A DNA stretch of 37,677 bases from Thermoleophilaceae bacterium (GCA_013812065.1 JACCUC010000225.1:1-37677), one strand, 5' to 3'; positions 8,150-14,889 are shown, counted from the first letter of the stretch. Made by a program: numbers and translations. The notes: generated by a model not told the origin, from the sequence alone.

Positions 8150-8327
8150 CCGGAAGCGACGCAGCCGCAGCGGGTTGGTTACCACGCTGACCGACGAGAA
8201 CCCCATCGCCGCGCCGGCCACGATGCGGTTGAGGAGCCCGACGGACGCGAGCGGAAGGGCGGCGAGGTTGTACTTCTCTCTCGGACCGTCGGCTTGGACC
8301 GACGGTATCGAGCCTCCGCCGGAGCAA
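8150..8327 (-). pseudogene. 3'-terminal remnant of a second copper P1B-type ATPase gene
   Basis: One minus-strand frame reads [41 protein letters not shown]. The intact CopA C-terminus reads [42 protein letters not shown] second frame just upstream reads LRRRLDTV (compare SRRTLSTI in CopA), which implies a frameshift. No upstream ATPase domains remain. Confidence 0.6.
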
Positions 8328-8330
8328 TGC

Positions 8331-9041
8331 TCATCCTGTCGGGCTCCGCTGGGGCATGCCCATCCCATGCATCCCGCCCATCATGTCGCGCATCGGTCCG
8401 GCCAGGTCACGGGTGCTGGCGTCCCCGTACCAGGCCTTCAGGTAGCGCTCCATCTCCTCGATCTCCGCCGATTGCTCGTCGACGATCACGCGGGCGAGCC
8501 CCCGCAGCTCGTTGTGCTCGGCGTTCTCGAGCGCGTCCTGCCCCCTCTCGACGGCGAGCTGATGGTGCGGAATCATCATGCGCAAGAACATGCGATCGGT
8601 GTGGTCGCCGCCCCTCATGGCCCCACGGCCCATCATGTTCATACCGCCCATACCCATCATCGAGGCACCGGCCCCGGGGTACCACTGCTTGCGCCATGTC
8701 TCCATCTGCTGAATCTGGCGCTTCTGACTCGCCTGTATCCGACGTGCGAGGTCGCGCAGCTCAGGCCGACGCGAGTCTCCGATCATTCCCGCCGAGGACA
8801 TGATCGCTCCCTGATGGTGCATGATCATCTCGTCGATGAAGCGCAGGTCGTAGGGGGCCTTGGGGTCGGTGACGCCCATGAAGGGGGGCTGCGCCTCCGC
8901 GCGCTCCTCACCCCCGGTCGCGAGGGCGGCACCGACCACTAGCCCCACGGCGACGATCACCGCGAGGGCGATGCCCAGCCCTATCCGTCGCCTGCGCTTC
9001 ACGGTCTTGCCTTTCGTCGAGGCCACACCTACTACGCTCAC
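8331..9041 (-). CDS. DUF305-family protein, membrane-anchored, Met/His-rich
   Basis: Two DUF305 repeats ([16 protein letters not shown]...[19 protein letters not shown] and [16 protein letters not shown]...[20 protein letters not shown]). Met-rich tracts are also present ([27 protein letters not shown]). GTG start at 9041. Confidence 0.85.
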   Translation of the reverse strand: MSVVGVASTKGKTVKRRRRIGLGIALAVIVAVGLVVGAALATGGEERAEAQPPFMGVTDPKAPYDLRFIDEMIMHHQGAIMSSAGMIGDSRRPELRDLARRIQASQKRQIQQMETWRKQWYPGAGASMMGMGGMNMMGRGAMRGGDHTDRMFLRMMIPHHQLAVERGQDALENAEHNELRGLARVIVDEQSAEIEEMERYLKAWYGDASTRDLAGPMRDMMGGMHGMGMPQRSPTG

Positions 9042-9110
9042 TAGTACGGTACCAACGTCGTCGCGGCGGGCCGCTCTCTCGGCTCGGGCGTCAAAGCCCT
9101 GGTTGCGGCC

Positions 9111-9131
9111 GGGCCGAGGCTGCCTCGGCCC
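9111..9131. repeat. Perfect 9-bp GC inverted repeat, GGGCCGAGG-ctg-CCTCGGCCC, in the divergent control region
   Basis: Read directly from the sequence. It lies between the DUF305 start (9041) and the small-protein gene (9229). No T-tract follows on either strand. Confidence 0.5.
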
Positions 9132-9163
9132 CCGCCTCCGGCGGCCGTCTCGCCCTGGCGTTT

Positions 9164-9183
9164 GTACTACACTGAATCGTAGC
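9164..9183 (+). promoter_or_regulatory. Recurrent island motif, copy b: GTACTACACTGAATCGTAGC
   Basis: Lies 46 nt upstream of the GTG at 9229, inside the 187-bp divergent region. A TATCGT (TANNNT-like) hexamer follows at 9184-9189. Confidence 0.45.
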
Positions 9184-9228
9184 TATCGTGGGCTCCGCCT
9201 TGAGCGGAGGATCGACAAAGGAGAGAAC

Positions 9229-9468
9229 GTGGAAGCGGTGATCCCCACCCTCGCCCTGTTGGCCTGTCCCGTTGGCATGGGCTTGATGATGTGGTTCATG
9301 ATGCGCGGCTCGAACGGCCGGCCTAGGCACTCGAGCGCCCGCTCGGCGTCCATCGCCGAGCTGCGTGAGGAACAACGGCAGATCGCGGCCGACATCGACC
9401 GCTTGGAGGGCGCACAGGCCGAGCGGGAGGCGACGTCCGCGCAGTCGCCGCGCCCGGAGATCGCCTGA
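9229..9468 (+). CDS. Small membrane protein with LACP-x-M-rich helix and C-terminal coiled coil (DUF2933-like), paralog 1
   Basis: GTG start preceded by an AAAGGAGAG Shine-Dalgarno sequence (9217-9225). Sequence: VEAVIPTLALLACPVGMGLMMWFMMRG...SIAELREEQRQIAADIDRLEG. Only the 3' part of the 8860-9468 track ORF looks real. Confidence 0.6.
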   Translation: MEAVIPTLALLACPVGMGLMMWFMMRGSNGRPRHSSARSASIAELREEQRQIAADIDRLEGAQAEREATSAQSPRPEIA

Positions 9469-9471
9469 AGC

Positions 9472-9687
9472 ATGCCGGACGTGCTTCTCGTGACCATCCT
9501 GATCGTCGCGCTAGCGTGTCCGGCGATGATGTGGTGGCAGCATCGGCGTGTCGGCGGCGCCGCACCCGGCTGTGCGCCGCCGCGCTCGGAGGCAGCCTCC
9601 CTCGAGGCCCTTCGTCAGCGCCAGGCGACGGTCTCCACGCGCCTCACCGAACTCGAGGGCGAGGGCGAGGACCGACCCTCTACCTGA
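9472..9687 (+). CDS. Small membrane protein with LACP-x-M-rich helix and C-terminal coiled coil, paralog 2
   Basis: The ATG is 3 nt after the paralog-1 stop. Sequence: MPDVLLVTILIVALACPAMMWWQHRR...SLEALRQRQATVSTRLTELEG. It has the same architecture as paralog 1. Confidence 0.6.
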   Translation: MPDVLLVTILIVALACPAMMWWQHRRVGGAAPGCAPPRSEAASLEALRQRQATVSTRLTELEGEGEDRPST

Positions 9688-9707
9688 TCTCGGCCTATCG
9701 CCTTCCC

Positions 9708-10415
9708 TCAGCGGGTCGCTCCCTGAGCCCCGCCACGCCGCAGCCCTAGCGCCCGCCCGGTCCGCGCGGCGAGTAGGCCCTGGCGCATCTGCTCGGGCGA
9801 GACAACGCCAATGACGTGCCCGACCACCTGCCCCCGGGCGCTGATGAAGAACGTCTCGGGAATGCCGGTGGCGCCCCAGCGGCGGGCCGTGCGGTCGGTC
9901 GGGTCGCGGACGTTGACGTAGGAGACGTCGAACTCGCGCAAGAAGGCCCGGGCGTCCCCGGTGATGTCCTGCATGTTGAGCCCGAGAAAAAGGACGCCTC
10001 GGTCCCGTTGTTCCCGCCAGCTCCGCTCGAGCAACGGCGCCTCCTCGCGACACGGCACGCACCAGGAGGCCCAGTAGTTCAGTACGACTGGTATACCGCG
10101 CAGCTCCTGAATGTCGACTCGGCCGTCGGCGAGCGCTAGCGCGAGCGAGCGCGACAGCCGGGGCCCGAGCTTCCCGCGCTCGAGTACGGGAAGCCTCAAC
10201 TCGGGCGAAGGACTCGGCTTGCCGCGCGCGAGGGCCTGGTCGATGCGGTCGTCCGGCGCCTTCGCTAGGAGTCCCCACGCGAGCAGGGCGAGGAACAGTC
10301 CGAGCAACAGCACGGCGGTGCCCCGTAACGCCTGGCCGCGCCACCTGCGCGAGGTGCCGCTCGACTTAGACTTCGAGGCCACGGGCGGGCGGTGGTTTGT
10401 TTGGATCTCGGCCAC
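9708..10415 (-). CDS. TlpA/ResA-family membrane-anchored thiol:disulfide oxidoreductase (copy 2)
   Basis: TM anchor plus [18 protein letters not shown]. It aligns clearly by eye with copy 1 (LGPRLSR, DRGVLF.GLN, GDAR.FLREFD.SY.NVRDP, ARRWG..G.PETFFI). GTG start. Confidence 0.8.
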   Translation of the reverse strand: MAEIQTNHRPPVASKSKSSGTSRRWRGQALRGTAVLLLGLFLALLAWGLLAKAPDDRIDQALARGKPSPSPELRLPVLERGKLGPRLSRSLALALADGRVDIQELRGIPVVLNYWASWCVPCREEAPLLERSWREQRDRGVLFLGLNMQDITGDARAFLREFDVSYVNVRDPTDRTARRWGATGIPETFFISARGQVVGHVIGVVSPEQMRQGLLAARTGRALGLRRGGAQGATR

Positions 10416-10528
10416 GGCGCCGGAAGCGCCGAGGAGCGGTCGGGTTAAGGAACGGGCGGGCGGGGTGCAAGATCACGGGCGGTCGCTTTGGTTCGGGCCC
10501 TGGGAGGCCTAGCGGTAAGGGGCGCCGG

Positions 10529-11461
10529 TCAGCGGCCAGGGCCGACGTCGCTCCGCGCCCGCCGCCACAGCGCAGCCCCCAGGGCCGCAATCGGTGCCGC
10601 GAGCATCAGCAACATGCAGCTCTGGCCAACGACGGCCAGCGCTTCCACTCGAACGCCTGCGCCTGCCACACCCGCCGTGACCGCCACTCCGGCGATCGCC
10701 GCAACCGCCAGGAGGGAGAGGAGGAACGTCGGGGCATCGAGCCGCCACCGGGTGGGCGCGCCGCAGATGTGGTCGACGCGCTCGGGGGCGAGGGCGACAG
10801 TGGCCTCGGGATGGTCGCTCGACCCGAGTTTGACCAGCGCGGAGGCCAGCGCGGACGACCCTGCCGACCGAAGGGCTGCCTCGTCGGCTGCGAGCTCGGC
10901 GAGTTCCGCGTAACGCCGCTCGAGCCGACGCAGGGCGGGGAGGAAGAAGAGCGCATCGGCGAGAGTCCGCGCCGCGAGCAGACGCAGCGGGTCGCGGCGG
11001 CTGGCGTGGTGGCGTTCGTGAGCGACGACGGCCCGCAGCTCGGTTTCGGAGAGTCGGTCGTGGGCCGCGGCGGATAGGAAGACGCGCGGGCGAAGAAGCC
11101 CTGCGCAAAAAGCCTGCGGTCGGCTGCTCTGGATGAGCCAGATGGAAGTGCCGGCCAGCTCGACCTCGGTGGCCTTTCGGAGGCCGGCGCGCACGCGAAC
11201 CTGTGCTCGGGCTTGGAAGAAGGCCGACCGAGCTCCACGCGCGAGGATGATCACCCCCAAGCTGGCGAGACCGAGGATGGCCGCCACCAAGGGCAAGGAG
11301 TCTGCCGGCAAGAGCCTTCCACAAGCGGCGAGCAGTTCCTCGACACCCGGCGGAGCAAGACTTACCTTCGACAGCGCGCCGCCGAGGGCCACGATCACCA
11401 CAAGCGCGCCGAGAGCGCCGACCGCGAGGTTGAGGCGGTACAGGCGCCGCGCGCTACTCAC
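10529..11461 (-). CDS. BlaR1-like M56-family membrane metalloprotease, no penicillin-binding sensor domain
   Basis: N-terminal TM helices, then the zinc motif in VVAHERHHASRRDPLRLL (HExxH), then further TM helices to the C-terminus (310 aa in total). It overlaps the blaI-like gene by 8 nt. Confidence 0.8.
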   Translation of the reverse strand: MSSARRLYRLNLAVGALGALVVIVALGGALSKVSLAPPGVEELLAACGRLLPADSLPLVAAILGLASLGVIILARGARSAFFQARAQVRVRAGLRKATEVELAGTSIWLIQSSRPQAFCAGLLRPRVFLSAAAHDRLSETELRAVVAHERHHASRRDPLRLLAARTLADALFFLPALRRLERRYAELAELAADEAALRSAGSSALASALVKLGSSDHPEATVALAPERVDHICGAPTRWRLDAPTFLLSLLAVAAIAGVAVTAGVAGAGVRVEALAVVGQSCMLLMLAAPIAALGAALWRRARSDVGPGR

Positions 11462-11840
11462 CGTCGGTCAGCTCGCGCAGACGGCGTAGGCGCTCGGGGT
11501 CGAGCCCGCCCACCTGGCGGGCGAAGTGGCTGAGGGCCAGATCGCCGAACTCCTCCACGAGGGCATCGACCTCGGCCTCGGCGCGCGCCCGGAGATAAGC
11601 ATCGCGCGAGAGGATTGCCCGGTAGACATCGGTCCTGCCACGCCGCTCCCGGCTGAGTAAGCCCTTGTCCCACAGCCGGCACATGATCGTCATGACGGTC
11701 GTGTAGGCGCGCTGCTTGGGCCCGCGGTTCAGCGCCTCGAGCACTTCGCGGACCGTCGCCTCGGACCGGCGCCACATCTCCCCCATGACCTCGGACTCGA
11801 GCTCGTGGAGCGCAGGCGGTGTGCTCGGCGGGGAGCTCAC
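11454..11840 (-). CDS. BlaI/MecI/CopY-family winged-helix transcriptional repressor
   Basis: LESEVMGEMWRRSEATVREVLEALN...RAYTTVMTIMCRLWDKGLLSRERRGRTDVYRA is the penicillinase-repressor fold. There is no C-terminal CxCx4CxC motif. GTG start 4 nt after the SHOCT gene's stop. Confidence 0.85.
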   Translation of the reverse strand: MSSPPSTPPALHELESEVMGEMWRRSEATVREVLEALNRGPKQRAYTTVMTIMCRLWDKGLLSRERRGRTDVYRAILSRDAYLRARAEAEVDALVEEFGDLALSHFARQVGGLDPERLRRLRELTDGE

Positions 11841-11844
11841 AAGC

Positions 11845-12069
11845 TCACGTGTCGGTACGCCGTTGCTTGCCCGGGAGGGCGCCCTCCCGCTCGTAGTACT
11901 CGTCCACGTCGATCTCTCCGGCGGCGAGCCGCCGCTCGAGCAGAGCCCGGGCCGAGCTCGTCTCCAGTCCGGGCCGCGCCAGCCGGATCCCCAGGTAGAC
12001 GCCGGCCGCGACCAGCACGATCAGCACGACCACTCCGAGGAGGCCCAAGATGGCCATCCAGCTCATCAT
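11845..12069 (-). CDS. Small membrane protein with C-terminal SHOCT domain
   Basis: One TM helix (ILGLLGVVVLIVLVAAGVYLGI) followed by ARALLERRLAAGEIDVDEYYERE, which matches the SHOCT pattern (L..R.A.GEI..EEY). It is the first gene of the blaI/blaR1 operon. Confidence 0.7.
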   Translation of the reverse strand: MMSWMAILGLLGVVVLIVLVAAGVYLGIRLARPGLETSSARALLERRLAAGEIDVDEYYEREGALPGKQRRTDT

Positions 12070-12092
12070 GTCGACCTTGCCCTGCTCAAGTT

Positions 12093-12112
12093 GCTAGACA
12101 GCGTAGTAGATC
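12093..12112 (-). promoter_or_regulatory. Recurrent island motif, copy c: GATCTACTACGCTGTCTAGC (read on the minus strand)
   Basis: Lies 24-43 nt upstream of the SHOCT-blaI-blaR1 operon start (12069), in the region divergent from copZ. Confidence 0.45.
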
Positions 12113-12140
12113 GATCAGGAGTGCCCTTCACGAGTACGTC

Positions 12141-12184
12141 GGATACCCCGGCTGGGTGTGGTACAGTGCTCGACACTGACACCC
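12141..12184 (+). promoter_or_regulatory. C/G-tract pseudo-palindromes upstream of copZ (CsoR-operator-like box plus nested inverted repeat)
   Basis: GGATACCCCGGCTGGGTGTGGTAC (12141-12164) resembles the TACCCC-N4-GGGGTA type of CsoR operator. It overlaps an inverted repeat: GGGTGT (12154-12159) / ACACCC (12179-12184), with an inner CAGTG (12164-12168) / CACTG (12174-12178). Confidence 0.3.
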
Positions 12185-12208
12185 CCCCGGAGTATGAGGA
12201 GATCGTAC

Positions 12209-12418
12209 ATGTCCAACACGGAGCGCACTTACGTCGTCGAGGGAATGAGCTGCCGCCACTGCGAGCTGTCGGTGACCGAGGGAGTCGAGGAAGTCCGTGG
12301 CGTCGAGGCTGTGGAGGTCGACGGCGCCACCAAGCGGCTGATCGTGCTAGGCGAAGAGGTAGACGACGCTGCGGTCCGAGCGGCCGTCGAGGAGGCCGGC
12401 TACCGGGTGGCCGCCTGA
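12209..12418 (+). CDS. copZ: Copper chaperone CopZ (HMA domain)
   Basis: ATG at 12209 with a GAGGAG Shine-Dalgarno sequence 7 nt upstream. Sequence: MSNTERTYVVEGMSCRHCELSVTEGVEEVRGV..., a ferredoxin-like HMA fold with the M-x-C-x-x-C motif. Confidence 0.85.
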   Translation: MSNTERTYVVEGMSCRHCELSVTEGVEEVRGVEAVEVDGATKRLIVLGEEVDDAAVRAAVEEAGYRVAA

Positions 12419-12457
12419 GGAACCCGGGATCCAGGTCGAGCTAAAGGAGCACTGCTC

Positions 12458-12568
12458 ATGCGAGCCACGACCAATCTGGTGACGCCCGGCCGGTACGGCC
12501 CGTTCCTGCACTTCCGGTCCGGCGGCCACGTCCGTACCGTCGACTACACCATGGAGGTTCCGCGGTGA
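12458..12568 (+). CDS. Candidate 36-codon sORF between copZ and copA ([36 protein letters not shown])
   Basis: Not in the ORF track because it is under 60 aa. An AAAGGAG Shine-Dalgarno sequence sits 7 nt upstream of the ATG. By my count 32 of 36 third codon positions are G/C. Its TGA overlaps the copA GTG (GTGA at 12565-12568). Confidence 0.3.
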   Translation: MRATTNLVTPGRYGPFLHFRSGGHVRTVDYTMEVPR

Positions 12569-14889
12569 GCGCCCCCCGCAACGCCGAGCGACTCGAGCTG
12601 CCGGTCGAGGGCATGACCTGCGCCTCGTGCGCCAACCGCGTCGAGCGCAAGCTGAACAAGCTCGAGGGTGTCGTGGCCACGGTCAATTACGCCACCGAGC
12701 GCGCCGCCGTCGAGTTCGACCCTCAGCAGGCGAGCGCCCAGGACCTGCTTCACGCGGTCGAGGCGGCCGGCTATCGGGCGGCGTTGCCGTCGTCGGAGCC
12801 CCTGGCCGGGGACGAGGCCTCGCCGGTAGAGAACCGCGACCCGACCGCGTCGCTGCGCCGGCGCCTCGTCGGCGCAGCGGTTCTGTCGGTCCCCGTGCTC
12901 CTCGTATCAATGATCCCCGCGCTCCAGTTCGATTACTGGCAGTGGTTCGCCCTCCAGCTCGCGACCCCGGTCGTCCTCTGGGCGGGCTGGCCGTTCCACC
13001 GCGCCGCGTGGCAGAACCTCCGCCACGGAACGGCCACGATGGACACGCTCATCTCGGTGGGCACGCTCGCCGCCTGGAGCTGGTCGGTGGTCGCTCTCTT
13101 CTTCCTCGGGGCCGGCATGCCCGGGATGCGGATGGGCTTCGAGGTGGTGCTCGAGCGCGGCGCGAACGTGGAGCACATCTACCTTGAGGCGGCTGCGGTC
13201 GTGACGACGCTGATTCTCGCCGGACGTTACTTCGAGGCACGCGCGAAGCGTCGCGCCGGGGCTGCCCTCCGCGCGCTCCTCGAGCTCGGAGCCAAGGACG
13301 TCTCCGTGCTCGACCCCCACGGGAGCGAGCGGCGCGTCCCGGTGGAGCAGCTCGCGGTCGATGATCGCTTCGTCGTGCGCCCCGGCGAGAAGGTCGCCAC
13401 CGACGGGCTCGTCGAGGAGGGCAGCTCTGCGGTCGACCAGTCGCTGCTGACCGGCGAGTCGGTGCCGGTCGAGAAGGGGCCGGGCGACGAGGTCGCCGGC
13501 GCGACGGTCAACGCGGGCGGGCGGCTCGTCGTCCGCGCAACTAAGATCGGCTCGGACACGGCGCTCGCCCAGATCGGCCGACTCGTCGCCGAGGCTCAGA
13601 CCGGCAAGGCGCCCGTCCAGCGCCTGGCCGATCGCGTGTCGGGCGTATTCGTGCCGGTCGTGATCGCCCTCACCGCGGCCACGCTCGGCTTCTGGCTCGG
13701 CGGGGGCGCGGGCGTCGCCTTCGCCTTCTCGACGGCGGTGGCGGTGCTCATCATCGCCTGCCCGTGCGCACTCGGGCTCGCCACCCCGACCGCCCTGCTC
13801 GTGGGAACCGGCCGTGGCGCTCAGCTGGGGATCCTCATCAAGGGGCCCGAGGTGCTCGAGTCGACCCGCCGCGCGGACACGGTGGTGCTCGACAAGACCG
13901 GCACGGTCACCACCGGCGAGATGTCCCTTGTCGACGTCGCGGTAGCCGCTGGCAACGATCGCGAGGAGGCCCTCCGGCTCGTCGGCGCCCTCGAGGCGGC
14001 CTCGGAGCACCCGATAGCCCGGGCCATCGCTGCGGGGGCAAGAGCCGAGGTCGGTGAGCTGCCCGCGCCCGAGTCCTTCGCGAGCCGCGAGGGTCTCGGG
14101 GTCGACGGCGTCGTCGAGGGCCGTGGGCTCGTGGTCGGCCGGCCCCGGCTGCTGGCCGAGTGGGGCCTCCGGCTGCCCGAGGAGCTCGAGGGCGTCCGCC
14201 ACAGGGCCGAGGCGGCCGGCCGCACGGCGGTGGTCGGCGCGTGGGACGGCGAGGCGCGAGCGGTCTTCGTCGTCTCCGACACCCCTAAGCCCTCGAGCGC
14301 GGCGGCCGTCCACCGGCTCCGCGAGCTCGGGCTTCGTCCAGTCCTCCTCACCGGCGACAACGAAAGCACCGCACGCTCGGTGGCCGACGAGCTCGGCATC
14401 GAGGAGGTCATCGCGGAGGTCCTGCCGGCCGACAAGGCGGACGTCGTGCGTCGCCTCCAGTCGGAGGGGCGCGTCGTGGCCATGGTCGGCGACGGCGTAA
14501 ACGATGCGCCCGCGCTCGCCCAGGCGGACCTCGGCCTGGCAATCGGTACGGGCACCGACGTGGCGATCGAGGCCTCGGATCTCACCCTGGTCTCAGGCGA
14601 CCTTCGCTCGGCCGCCGATGCGATCCGACTATCGCGCCGGACCCTCTCGACCATCAGGGGCAACCTGTTCTGGGCGTTCGCCTACAACGTGGTGCTCATC
14701 CCCGTCGCCATGCTCGGGCTGCTCAACCCGCTCTTCGCAGGGGCGGCGATGGCATTTTCAAGCGTGTTCGTCGTGTCGAACTCGCTGCGCCTGCGCCGCT
14801 TTCGCGCCGAGCGGCCTGAGCCGCGAGCCCCATCACCGCTCGACGGCCTTCCCACCCGGGCGCCGGGTTCGGCCGAGGTGGCCGCATAA
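12565..14889 (+). CDS. copA: Copper-translocating P1B-type ATPase CopA
   Basis: N-terminal HMA domain (GMTCASC), a TM CPC motif ([13 protein letters not shown]), the phosphorylation site DKTGT, and the [11 protein letters not shown] and [15 protein letters not shown] blocks. 774 aa. Confidence 0.95.
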   Translation: MSAPRNAERLELPVEGMTCASCANRVERKLNKLEGVVATVNYATERAAVEFDPQQASAQDLLHAVEAAGYRAALPSSEPLAGDEASPVENRDPTASLRRRLVGAAVLSVPVLLVSMIPALQFDYWQWFALQLATPVVLWAGWPFHRAAWQNLRHGTATMDTLISVGTLAAWSWSVVALFFLGAGMPGMRMGFEVVLERGANVEHIYLEAAAVVTTLILAGRYFEARAKRRAGAALRALLELGAKDVSVLDPHGSERRVPVEQLAVDDRFVVRPGEKVATDGLVEEGSSAVDQSLLTGESVPVEKGPGDEVAGATVNAGGRLVVRATKIGSDTALAQIGRLVAEAQTGKAPVQRLADRVSGVFVPVVIALTAATLGFWLGGGAGVAFAFSTAVAVLIIACPCALGLATPTALLVGTGRGAQLGILIKGPEVLESTRRADTVVLDKTGTVTTGEMSLVDVAVAAGNDREEALRLVGALEAASEHPIARAIAAGARAEVGELPAPESFASREGLGVDGVVEGRGLVVGRPRLLAEWGLRLPEELEGVRHRAEAAGRTAVVGAWDGEARAVFVVSDTPKPSSAAAVHRLRELGLRPVLLTGDNESTARSVADELGIEEVIAEVLPADKADVVRRLQSEGRVVAMVGDGVNDAPALAQADLGLAIGTGTDVAIEASDLTLVSGDLRSAADAIRLSRRTLSTIRGNLFWAFAYNVVLIPVAMLGLLNPLFAGAAMAFSSVFVVSNSLRLRRFRAERPEPRAPSPLDGLPTRAPGSAEVAA

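Noticed and set aside
8091-8368. The upstream parts of track ORFs 7380-8327 and 7664-8368, considered as real coding extensions.
   Set aside because: One is an Arg-rich extension of tlpA1 from a TTG start. The other only makes sense as the fossil ATPase C-terminus. Neither has a plausible start or a complete domain.
11454-11840. The possibility that the BlaI-like protein is a bona fide CopY-type direct copper sensor.
   Set aside because: CopY proteins end in a CxCx4CxC metal site. This protein has a single Cys (in MCRLW) and an acidic or basic C-terminus without cysteines. Any copper response would have to be indirect.
12907-14663. Minus-strand ORFs of 468 aa and 280 aa inside copA.
   Set aside because: They are antisense to a P-type ATPase that has all its signature motifs, and their translations are low-complexity and Arg/Asp/Ser-rich.
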